Positions 10,362-19,096 of a stretch of 64,000 nucleotides of DNA are shown here, in pieces. Each line of letters begins with the position of its first letter. Position 1 is the stretch's first letter. The notes under the pieces are model-generated. The model saw nothing but the letters and a program-made list of their open reading frames with translations, did not search any database and was not told the origin of the DNA. The stretch comes from Singulisphaera sp. GP187 (lineage in GTDB: Bacteria > Planctomycetota > GCA-002687715). The DNA lies in NCBI GenBank assembly GCA_945907755.1, contig CAMDTN010000007.1:856-64855 (forward strand). The letters run 5' to 3'. The position numbers were made by a program, and so were the translations under genes.

Positions 10362-11515
10362 CCGATCCGCGCTACGGGTTTTCGACGCGTGCCGTGCATG
10401 CCGATGGCTTGCCGCGGCTGGCGGGCGAAGTGGCACCGGCGCTGCATTTGTCGACCACTTTTGCGCGCGGGTCTGATGGTGCACTTGAAGGGGCACATTT
10501 GTACGCGCGCCTCAGCAATCCCAACCGTGACGCGGTAGAGCGCACGCTGGTTGCATTAGAAGGTGGCGCCAACGCGGCGCTGGCCTTTGCTTCTGGCCTC
10601 GCCGCTGCGGATGCGTTGCTGAGCGCTCTGCGTCCGGGCGGTGGCGGCATTCAAGGTGCTCGCGTGGTGGTTGAACAAGGTGCCTACTACGGGGTAATGC
10701 GTCAGTTTCACGCGCTCGCGGCCGCAGGCGTGGAGGTTGTGAGTGCAGACCTCACCGATTCACGAGCAGCGCGTGCCGCATTGACACAACCCTTGCACCT
10801 TGTGTGGTGCGAAACGCCCACCAATCCGTTGCTTGGCATCGCTGACATCGCGCTTGTTGCGTCCCTCGCGCATGCGCAAGGCGCAGCGCTGGTGGTGGAC
10901 AACACCATTGCGACGCCGTTGTTGCAGTCGCCGCTGTTGCTGGGTGCCGATGCGGTGTTGCACGCAGCCACCAAAGCGCTCGGGGGCCACAGCGACCTCA
11001 CTATGGGCGTGCTGCTGTTTGCGGATGCGCGGCATCCGTTGCACATTGCAGCGGCGGCGCAGCGCGACCTCACGGGTGCTGCGCCCTCACCGTTCGATTG
11101 CTGGTTGTTGCAGCGCGGGCTGGCTACGGCGGCGTTGCGCGTTCGCGCGCAGGAAGCGAATGCGCGGGCGGTGGCGGAATACTTGTGCGGTCATGCGGCG
11201 GTGCTCGAAGTGATTTGGCCGGGGCTCGCGGCGCATGCCGCTGCGGGCATCGTGGCGCAGCAGATGCGCGGCGGCGGGTCGCTGGTGTCTGTGCGTTTGC
11301 GTGGTGGCGACGAAGGCGCAGCGCGTTTCATGGCGGCCTTGCAACTCTTCACGCGCGCCACCAGCTTTGGTGGCGTGCATTCCCTCGCCGAACACCGCTG
11401 GCGCGTGGAGGGTGCGCAGAGCCGCACGCCCCACGACCTCGTGCGCCTCGCACTCGGCATCGAAGACCCCGCCGACCTCCTGCGCGACCTGGCCCATGCC
11501 CTGTCGGCCTGTTGA
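10358..11515 (+). CDS. Cys/Met-metabolism PLP-dependent enzyme (cystathionine gamma-synthase / beta-lyase / gamma-lyase family)
   Basis: MTDPRYGFSTRAVHADG… N-terminus. PLP-lysine motif TKALGGHSDLTMG. ATGA overlap with the upstream aminotransferase indicates translational coupling. Confidence 0.85.
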   Translation: MTDPRYGFSTRAVHADGLPRLAGEVAPALHLSTTFARGSDGALEGAHLYARLSNPNRDAVERTLVALEGGANAALAFASGLAAADALLSALRPGGGGIQGARVVVEQGAYYGVMRQFHALAAAGVEVVSADLTDSRAARAALTQPLHLVWCETPTNPLLGIADIALVASLAHAQGAALVVDNTIATPLLQSPLLLGADAVLHAATKALGGHSDLTMGVLLFADARHPLHIAAAAQRDLTGAAPSPFDCWLLQRGLATAALRVRAQEANARAVAEYLCGHAAVLEVIWPGLAAHAAAGIVAQQMRGGGSLVSVRLRGGDEGAARFMAALQLFTRATSFGGVHSLAEHRWRVEGAQSRTPHDLVRLALGIEDPADLLRDLAHALSAC

Positions 11516-11670
11516 AGCCACATTCCCGTTCCTCGCGCCTACGCTGGGCCGCGCCTCCTGCTGCGCTGGGCCTCCAAATGGTCTCAGACCAGCGGACCCA
11601 TTGTTTTCAAAAAGTTAGATTTCGATAATATGGTCGGCGGCTGTTTTCACGGCCGCAAGTAAGGAAACCA

Positions 11671-12849
11671 ATGAGTGCACGCAGCAAGCGTCTACCGAAT
11701 GGCCGAAAAATCCGCTGCCCCAGCGGTTATCACGCCTATGTGCCGGCACCGCTGCCGCCGCACATCGCTTGGAATGCTGTGTTAGCAACGGCACTTTCGC
11801 GCGCAGACCGCGCCATTGGTCGACTCGCGGGAGAAGGTAGGCGTCTGGCAAATCCGCACATGCTCATTAGGCCATTCGTGCGGAGGGAGGCCGTGCTCTC
11901 CAGCCGCATCGAGGGCACTCAAGCAACCTTGGGGGAGCTGCTTGCCGCGGAGTCTGGGGCCATTGTTGATCGCAGTCCGGAAGATTTGCGCGAGGTCGGC
12001 AACTATGTGATTGCGTTGGAACATGGAGTTCGCCGGTTGTCTGCTTTGCCGCTTTCGTTGCGCCTCGTGAAGGAGCTTCATGAGAAGCTGATGCGAGGAG
12101 TGCGTGGCAACGCTGCGGCTCCAGGCGAATTCAGGCGAACTCAGAACTGGATTGGCCCAGGCGGATGCTCGCTCACAAACGCCACCTATGTGCCGCCGCC
12201 CGCCGACACGCTCGCCGACTGCCTTGGCGCGTGGGAGCTCTTCCTGCACGACGCAGCGTTGCCGCCGCTAGTGCATGCTGCGCTGGCGCATGCGCAGTTC
12301 GAGGCGATTCATCCGTTCCTTGATGGCAACGGGCGAGCGGGGCGCCTGCTCATCACCCTGCTGTTGGTGGAGAAGGAAGTTCTCCCTGCGCCGCTACTGT
12401 ATTTGAGCGCGTACTTCGAGGCCACGCGCCAAGAGTATTACGCACGGTTGCTTGCGATCACCGAGCGAGGCGAGTGGGAGGAATGGCTCGAGTACTTTCT
12501 GCGAGGCGTTGCTGAGCAGTCCGAAGACGCTCTCAGCCGGATTCAGAGAATTGAGGCGCGCTTGCTTGAGTGGCGCAAGCGCCTATCCACGCTATCCACA
12601 CGCTTGCCTGAGCGCGCATTGGACCTATTCGTCGAAAACCCCTACTGGACGGTGAACAAACTGGCAGAGAGGATGGAAGTGGCTTTCACGACCGCGCAGC
12701 GTGCGGTCGACCGGTTGGAGTCAGTTGGCGTTGTTGCGCTGACGGCCGAGACCAAGCGCAATCGGGTCTACTGCGCGCAGAGCATCCTCACCATTCTTGA
12801 AGAGCCGACACGGATGTCCGGAGCCAAGAACTCGCGCCGCGCTCGGTGA
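11671..12849 (+). CDS. Fic-family protein (class II, auto-inhibited AMPylator-type) with C-terminal winged-helix region
   Basis: Fic motif HPFLDGNGRAGR. Inhibitory-helix motif S/TxxxE(G/N) present as SSRIEGT. AAGGAA Shine-Dalgarno 6 nt before ATG 11671. Confidence 0.85.
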   Translation: MSARSKRLPNGRKIRCPSGYHAYVPAPLPPHIAWNAVLATALSRADRAIGRLAGEGRRLANPHMLIRPFVRREAVLSSRIEGTQATLGELLAAESGAIVDRSPEDLREVGNYVIALEHGVRRLSALPLSLRLVKELHEKLMRGVRGNAAAPGEFRRTQNWIGPGGCSLTNATYVPPPADTLADCLGAWELFLHDAALPPLVHAALAHAQFEAIHPFLDGNGRAGRLLITLLLVEKEVLPAPLLYLSAYFEATRQEYYARLLAITERGEWEEWLEYFLRGVAEQSEDALSRIQRIEARLLEWRKRLSTLSTRLPERALDLFVENPYWTVNKLAERMEVAFTTAQRAVDRLESVGVVALTAETKRNRVYCAQSILTILEEPTRMSGAKNSRRAR

Positions 12850-12931
12850 GCAGTGTTGGTAGCTGGCGCCAGAGCATTCGACGCGTCGCATGTCAACGAG
12901 CAGTGCATCGGGAGCGACGGTAGCTGGCGTA

Positions 12932-14671
12932 CTATTTAGGCAGAGTGAAGGACACGACGCGCACGCTGAGTGCGCCGGAGTTGTCGGTATGGCCATTGTC
13001 GTTGCAGCGGGCCATCAGGCTGCCACCAGGAGAAGGCGCTGCTTCATCATCCTGCCCACTGCAGAGAATCTGATTGTCCATCGACACGAGCAGTGCACCT
13101 GTTTTGTGGCCTGAGTACAGACAATAGTCACCCCAGCCGTCGAATCCTTCGACGCCACACGATCCGATAAATGTCCCAATGGTCCATGTCCCGCTTGCGC
13201 GGACAAAAATGTAGTCGCCCGCCTTGGCTGCGATGCCTAGCGCCTGCCACTCGCCGTTGGCATAAACGCTGACCGTTACATCACGCAATGAGGACCGCAT
13301 GGCATCTGCCTCGGCAGCAGCGTCTTTCAACTTGTGCCGTTTGGTGGCGAGGAAGGCTCTCGCATCGATCACGGCTGACTCTCCATGAAGGGTTGGCTGA
13401 CTTTCAAGGTGCGCTGACAAGTCATCGAGGAGCGGCGTAATCACGGTAGTAGCTTCGTCGACCTTTGAGCGCATGCTCACGACTGTCGCGACAACCTGCT
13501 TGACATCCCAAAAATCGTCACCTGTTGGCCTGAGCGCAGTCCAAACTCCGTCGAGTTTTCTCTCAGCCGATTCGAACCCTGTGGTGATACTTGCGCGTTT
13601 CTCACGGATCTTCTCAAGAAACGCTGTGGCATTGTGTGCCGTAGCCTTCTTGATGAAATCTGCATGGAGGGCATCCGCTTCAGCCGCGGTGTTCTTGAGT
13701 TTTTGCCTAGCGGATTCAATGAAGCTGCGTACAGCGGTCACGGGTGGCTCGTTGGAGTAGTCGGGTTGGTCAGCGATGAACGCGGCCAAGTCGTCGAGCA
13801 GCGGAGAGATGCGGCCCTGCCCATCAGCGATCTTGTCGCGCAGGTCTTTGAACGTAGCGACGATCTCATTCAGGTTCCCGACAGCGCCCTTGCCATCTTC
13901 TGCGAGCTTGCGCAGTGCATCCCAGCGGCGGTCGAGCGTTTCGATCTCTGCTGCGGTGGTGTTTCGCTTCTCGCCGAGTTTTCGAGCGAAGAGCGCGGGG
14001 TCAAGCACCTTCACAAGGACGGGAAACGCGGTGACTGGTGCGGTCCATACATGTTCTGCGGTGACTGTGAGGCGACCAGACAAGTCGCGAGAGATTTCGG
14101 CGGGATTGGCACCAACAAGGACCGTCGCAGGAGTGACACCACTGCGGGGCTCGATGGAAAGCCATGAATCCTCTGTGCTGATCTTCCAAGTGAGGCCGGG
14201 ATTGCCGGCGCTCTCGAGCACGAGCTTCGTCGTGGTCAGCGCGGTGTCACCCTTCCTCAGCGTGACTTCGATAGTGGCAGTCGGCGTCGCCCTCAGCTTC
14301 CCCAAGAGCGTGTACTGAATGGGCACAGCGATGCGCTGCTCGCCCGCTGTGAACGCGATGCTCGCAGTGTTCTGCCCGTAGGCGAGTGCAGCGACGAGGA
14401 ATGTGACGGTGATGCGAGCTGGCGTTCCACCTCTCGAATGACTGAGTTGCACAAAGGGTGCCGCGCAGCTTGCGGACCATTGCACGCTCTTTTCAGATGC
14501 TGAGCAATTGAGCTCGATGTCGATGCTTGTTGGTGGGACCACTGTGGAATCATCGAGGCGCCCTTCGTACTGGACTTTGTCCGCAGACAGCGTCAGCAGC
14601 AGCGGATCAGAGCAGCTCACCAAGCAGGCTGCCACACCCATGGCGAACGACATTCTCAAGAGTGTGTTCAT
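12932..14671 (-). CDS. Lipoprotein with N-terminal Ig-like domains, two ~90-aa internal helical repeats and a C-terminal PA-IL/LecA-like lectin domain
   Basis: Signal + lipobox (…GVAACLVSC). GGAGG Shine-Dalgarno 8 nt before ATG (complement of 14669–14671). C-terminal 110 aa align to Pseudomonas PA-IL (GALLVSMDN…/…CNDNGHTDNSGALSVRV versus GALVMKIGN…/…YNDVPGTYGNNSGSFSVNI). Two internal repeats (…ISPLLDDLAAFIADQP… / …ITPLLDDLSAHLESQP…). Confidence 0.7.
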   Translation of the reverse strand: MNTLLRMSFAMGVAACLVSCSDPLLLTLSADKVQYEGRLDDSTVVPPTSIDIELNCSASEKSVQWSASCAAPFVQLSHSRGGTPARITVTFLVAALAYGQNTASIAFTAGEQRIAVPIQYTLLGKLRATPTATIEVTLRKGDTALTTTKLVLESAGNPGLTWKISTEDSWLSIEPRSGVTPATVLVGANPAEISRDLSGRLTVTAEHVWTAPVTAFPVLVKVLDPALFARKLGEKRNTTAAEIETLDRRWDALRKLAEDGKGAVGNLNEIVATFKDLRDKIADGQGRISPLLDDLAAFIADQPDYSNEPPVTAVRSFIESARQKLKNTAAEADALHADFIKKATAHNATAFLEKIREKRASITTGFESAERKLDGVWTALRPTGDDFWDVKQVVATVVSMRSKVDEATTVITPLLDDLSAHLESQPTLHGESAVIDARAFLATKRHKLKDAAAEADAMRSSLRDVTVSVYANGEWQALGIAAKAGDYIFVRASGTWTIGTFIGSCGVEGFDGWGDYCLYSGHKTGALLVSMDNQILCSGQDDEAAPSPGGSLMARCNDNGHTDNSGALSVRVVSFTLPK

Positions 14672-14833
14672 GTGATCTACCTCCAATCTGGCGGATCTGT
14701 GCCAGATGCCTCGTTTCGGCCCCAGAGCATAGACGACCTGTAACGTGCAGAGGGGGGTAGCCCAAATGGGTTGGCATGGCCCCCGGGTGGCGGATTAGAA
14801 TCCCCCGTCACCACTTTGCAGCAGGAGCCCCCA

Positions 14834-16741
14834 ATGAAGTTTTCGAAGCGCGCGGTTTGCGCAGTGTTTGCCTTTGTTTGCAGCGCATCATTCTGTGGTG
14901 CTCAGATCTGGGTGCAGCAAGCGGGCGCCGTGCCGGGGCCCGTGACCATGACCGAAGGCTGCATCGCCGCAGACTTGGATGGGGACGGCGACAAGGATGT
15001 GCTTTTTGCTAACGGCTATGTGCTGAGCAGCGCTGGCAGCGCCGCGGTGTTGCCCACACTGTTGATCAACAAGTTCAACCTTGCGTTGGGTTTGGTGGAT
15101 GAAAGCGCTGCGCGCTTGCCGGCAACGCTGCTGAAGGCGACTCAAGTGATTGCGGTGGACATTGAGCGCGATGGAGATCTGGACCTTGTCATCACCTGCA
15201 ACGGACCCACCCAGCAGAGGCTTTATCTGAACAACGGCGTAGGCGTGTTCACTGATGTTTCGGTGGCGCGCTTGGGTGTGTTCAGCGCGGTGTGCAACTG
15301 CGCAGTGGCCGGCGATGTGGAACAAGACGGCGACCTCGACCTGTTCTTCAACGACGGCGCCACCAATGGGCAGTTGAAACTGTTCCTGAACAACGGGCTT
15401 GGCTTCTTCACCAACGTCACCGCGACACATGTTGCCGTTGCGCCCAAGACCAATCAGCAAGATGTGGTCCTTTGCGACATCGACAACGACTGGGACTTAG
15501 ATGTGGTGAACACCGGCAAGAGCGCCGGGCAACAGATTTTCTTCAACGACGGCACCGGGCACTTCACTGTGAACAGCGCATTGCTGCCGGCGGGAACCAC
15601 GTTGACTTACGAAACCGATGTGTGCGACTTGGATTCCGACGGCGACATGGACATGTGCTTTCTGTCCACTAGCGGCTTCACCGATGCCGTGTTGCGCAAC
15701 AATCTCATTCCCAGTGGCACTTTGAGTTTTACTGCCCAATCAACTTTCTTCACCGGCAGCAACGGTTTCGACGACAACGAGTTTGTTTACGCCGATTCCG
15801 ACAACGATGGCGACTTGGATGTTGTCATTGGTTCGCTGACGGCTACGCAAGAGCGTCTGTATGTGAACAACGGCGCCTTCAGTTTCGCGAACAGCACCAC
15901 GGGATTCTCAATGGTTTCTGATTCCACTTTGGATGTGGCCTGCGCAGACCTGAATAATGACGGCAAGCTAGACATGGTCACGGCGCAGGGAGAATCCGGC
16001 AATTTCTTGAACAGGCTGTATTTGGGCACAGTGCTCGACACACAGCCAGCGCGAGCGCTGCGGCTCCGCGGACCCGAGGGCGCACGGGCGGCGGGGGATT
16101 CGCGCCGAGTCCAAGTGGTCTTGCATGATTCGGCAGTTGACGACGGTGAAACCTCCGTGCGTTTGGTAAATCTCGTCGGCACAGTCACGCACCGCAGCGG
16201 CGTGGCGAGCTTCTCGGTGCCCATGACCATGATGGGTGGATTTCTGTGGAACGGCGAAGTGCCAATTCCAGGTGGCGTGGTGTTGATGGGCGCGAGTGTG
16301 AGTTGGTCGGTCAGCGTCACGGACCATGCTGGCAATGTGCTGGTCACTCCTGCGCGCAATTTCCATGTCTGCGGCGCAGAGGCTTACGGGCCAGGCGGCG
16401 TCGTTGGTGGTGTGAACGCGTTGAGCCTGAATGGCAGCGGCGCAACGGCGGGGCAGCAATTGATGCTGGCTTGGACTGGATTCCCACTGGACGCAGGGCT
16501 GCTCGTGCTGGCCGGGGAGCGCGGCGCACTGCCCTACTTCACCGGAACGATTCTTGTGGATCCTGCAACGATCATCGACTACTTCCCAGCTCTGTTCGAC
16601 GGCGCTGGTGTCGGCGGTTTGTCAGTGGGGCTGCCGCCGGGCCCTGCGCTCGCAGGCTTGCGCTTGGACTTGCAAGTGCTGCAAGTGTCCGCGGGCTCTG
16701 TGTTCCTCAGCAACGGCCTCGAACTCGTCATCTGTCCTTGA
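14834..16741 (+). CDS. Secreted FG-GAP/VCBS-repeat (integrin-alpha-like beta-propeller) protein with conserved C-terminal extension
   Basis: Signal peptide MKFSKRAVCAVFAFVCSASFCGAQ after GGAG. Multiple DxDGDGDxD FG-GAP repeats (DLDGDGDKDVLF, DIERDGDLDLVI, DVEQDGDLDLFF…). C-terminus shares a motif with three other secreted proteins in the window. Confidence 0.8.
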   Translation: MKFSKRAVCAVFAFVCSASFCGAQIWVQQAGAVPGPVTMTEGCIAADLDGDGDKDVLFANGYVLSSAGSAAVLPTLLINKFNLALGLVDESAARLPATLLKATQVIAVDIERDGDLDLVITCNGPTQQRLYLNNGVGVFTDVSVARLGVFSAVCNCAVAGDVEQDGDLDLFFNDGATNGQLKLFLNNGLGFFTNVTATHVAVAPKTNQQDVVLCDIDNDWDLDVVNTGKSAGQQIFFNDGTGHFTVNSALLPAGTTLTYETDVCDLDSDGDMDMCFLSTSGFTDAVLRNNLIPSGTLSFTAQSTFFTGSNGFDDNEFVYADSDNDGDLDVVIGSLTATQERLYVNNGAFSFANSTTGFSMVSDSTLDVACADLNNDGKLDMVTAQGESGNFLNRLYLGTVLDTQPARALRLRGPEGARAAGDSRRVQVVLHDSAVDDGETSVRLVNLVGTVTHRSGVASFSVPMTMMGGFLWNGEVPIPGGVVLMGASVSWSVSVTDHAGNVLVTPARNFHVCGAEAYGPGGVVGGVNALSLNGSGATAGQQLMLAWTGFPLDAGLLVLAGERGALPYFTGTILVDPATIIDYFPALFDGAGVGGLSVGLPPGPALAGLRLDLQVLQVSAGSVFLSNGLELVICP

Positions 16742-16763
16742 AGTCTGGCGCCACGATGCGCGT

Positions 16764-18638
16764 TCACCCGCCGAGCTTCGATTCCAATTCTTGCCAGCGC
16801 GCATAGAGCGCAGCGACCAGTGCGTTTGCGCTGTCGAGCGTTTTGCACGCGGCGGCCAGCTTCACATGATCTGTGGCCACAGTAGGATCGCTCACTCGAA
16901 CTTCAGCTTCGGCGTGCGCGCGTTCTGCCGCCATCACGGCCGCTTCCATGCCGTCCATTTCGCGTTGTTCTTTGAAGCTCAGTTTGCGCCGGGTGGAGGC
17001 GTTTGTCGGCGAAGTTTCGGCAGCATTCGCGGCGCGCGTCGCATCTGCGCGCATGGGCTCCTGCGCTTTGCGTTCTGCTCGTTCGAGCACAATAAGCGCC
17101 TGATCCAAACTCGTGACGGTTGCAACTGAAGCATCGTGCGCGCCGACGACCGTGATGGTCTGCGCCAATCTCTCCAGCATCGTGCGATCGTGCGTGACGA
17201 GCAACACGGCGCCCGGGAAAGAATCGACCGAATCTTCCAGAACTTCGAGGGTGGAAATGTCGAGGTCGTTTGTCGGTTCGTCGAGCACCAGAATGTCCGC
17301 GGGCTGGAGCATCATGCGCGCGATGTGCGCTCGGGCACGCTCGCCGCCAGATAAGTTTCCGACCGATTGCGACAGTTGGGCATCTTGAAACAAGAAGCGC
17401 CGCGCCCACGCGGTGATGTGCAACGACTGTCCTTGAAAGTCGACAAAATCGCCGAGCGGGCAGAGGGCCTCTCGTAGCAGCGTCTCGGGCGGGATGTCCG
17501 CGCGTTGTTGCCGCAGCACGACGATACGGGGCCTCGGTTCCGCGAAGCGAAGTGTTCCCGTGTCAGGCTCCAGCTCGCCGCAGAGAATCCGCAGCAGCGT
17601 CGTCTTGCCGCTGCCGTTGAGCCCCATCAAACCTATGCGATCGCCTCGAGCGAGTTCGATATCGAGCGCGCGGAAGAGCGTTCGCCCCGCAAAGCTTTTC
17701 GAGATGCCGTGCGCAGAAACGAGTTTCCGCGTGCGGCGACCACTCGCCGCGAAATCCACGCGCGCGCCGCCTGCGCTCGCGGCCGCGTTGCGCGTGGCAA
17801 GAGCAGCGAGTTCGTCGCGGCGCTCTGCGCTGTCCTCAATGCGTCCTTTCGCCTTTGTGCGCCGTGCTTTCGGACCGCGTGCGAGCCATTTGTCGTCGAT
17901 GCGCACTTCGTTCGAGAGTGCTACTTCCGCGTGGGCTTGCGCCTGCAGAAACTCCTCGCGCCGGCGCAGGAATGCGTCGTAGTTTCCGTTGGCAACGAGC
18001 GTTCCCTGCGGATAGGCGCCACTGAGTTCGATCACCCGCGTTGCGATGCGATTGAGGAAGGTGCGGTCGTGGGTGATGAAGACGCATGCGCCTGCTCGGA
18101 TGTCGTTGGTGTTGCGCTCAAGGAATTGTTCGAGCCAGCGCAGGCCCTCAACATCAAGATGATTCGTGGGTTCGTCCAACAGCAGAAGATCAGGCGCACC
18201 ACCTGCTTCGCAAAGCCCGCACGCAATCGAGAGTCGTTTCTTCCAACCGCCGGACAATCGTTCAGCAGGCTCGTCCATGCGTGCGTCAGGGAAGCCCAAC
18301 TTGCCAAGAATCAGGCACCCAAGCACTTCGGCTTCGTGCGGGTCGCCGTGCACGCTCGCCGCATGCATTGCTGCGGCGGTTGCCGCCGAACGCGGCGTTG
18401 CGTCCGTTGCAAACTCGTCGCGCTGTGGCACATAGACAACGACTGCATCGCGTTGTGTGCGCACGATTCCGTCATCAGGTGGCTCGATGCCGGCCAGTAT
18501 GCGCAGCAGCGTACTTTTGCCTGCGCCATTGGGACCGATGAATCCAATGCGCTCGCCGTCGGCGACGCCGAGCGAAACTCCACGGAAGAGTTCGCGCACT
18601 CCATACGATTTGGAAAGATCAGTGGCAGTGAGGAGCAT
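16764..18638 (-). CDS. ABC-F family ATPase (Uup/EttA-like; two tandem ABC domains, no transmembrane domain)
   Basis: Two Walker A motifs (GPNGAGKSTLL, GLNGSGKTTLL), two signature/Walker B motifs and an inter-domain linker. Start at ATG 18638 (MLLTATDLSKSYG); the ORF-track start at 18716 is an upstream extension. Confidence 0.9.
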   Translation of the reverse strand: MLLTATDLSKSYGVRELFRGVSLGVADGERIGFIGPNGAGKSTLLRILAGIEPPDDGIVRTQRDAVVVYVPQRDEFATDATPRSAATAAAMHAASVHGDPHEAEVLGCLILGKLGFPDARMDEPAERLSGGWKKRLSIACGLCEAGGAPDLLLLDEPTNHLDVEGLRWLEQFLERNTNDIRAGACVFITHDRTFLNRIATRVIELSGAYPQGTLVANGNYDAFLRRREEFLQAQAHAEVALSNEVRIDDKWLARGPKARRTKAKGRIEDSAERRDELAALATRNAAASAGGARVDFAASGRRTRKLVSAHGISKSFAGRTLFRALDIELARGDRIGLMGLNGSGKTTLLRILCGELEPDTGTLRFAEPRPRIVVLRQQRADIPPETLLREALCPLGDFVDFQGQSLHITAWARRFLFQDAQLSQSVGNLSGGERARAHIARMMLQPADILVLDEPTNDLDISTLEVLEDSVDSFPGAVLLVTHDRTMLERLAQTITVVGAHDASVATVTSLDQALIVLERAERKAQEPMRADATRAANAAETSPTNASTRRKLSFKEQREMDGMEAAVMAAERAHAEAEVRVSDPTVATDHVKLAAACKTLDSANALVAALYARWQELESKLGG

Positions 18639-18684
18639 GTTTCCATCCGGAGCGATACGACGGGGCGGCGCGCCGGCGGTCTCT

Positions 18685-19020
18685 TTAGTGATCGTGGCCG
18701 ACCGGAGTCTGCGCAATGCCCATCAGCAGCACCAGCAATTCGTGCCCACGGTTTTCGACGCTGTGCGGAATGCCCGCGGGCATGAACACGACATCGCCAG
18801 GCTTGGTGTCAAAGCTATCGGTGCCCACGACGAAGTGCCCGCTCCCGCTGTGCACAAAGCTGAACTTGTCTTGCGACGGATGACTATGCAGTGGCTGGAC
18901 TTGTCCGGGCTCAAGCGTGTTGAGCCCGAGGAACAGCGTGCGGCCTTCGAATAGCGTGGCCTTGTAGGGCTTGTCAGCGCGCGATCCCATCGCGTCGGAA
19001 ATGTGTTTTCGCGCTTCCAT
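18685..19020 (-). CDS. Cupin-domain protein
   Basis: 111 aa with cupin motifs (…GQVQPLHSHP…DKFSFVHSGSGHFVVG…PAGIPHSVEN). Confidence 0.75.
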   Translation of the reverse strand: MEARKHISDAMGSRADKPYKATLFEGRTLFLGLNTLEPGQVQPLHSHPSQDKFSFVHSGSGHFVVGTDSFDTKPGDVVFMPAGIPHSVENRGHELLVLLMGIAQTPVGHDH

Positions 19021-19096
19021 GCCACCAGCATAGCTCTGCGGATCAAGATCGACGCGTTAGGATCCCGCGCACATGAATACAGGAGGTTTCTTGCGC

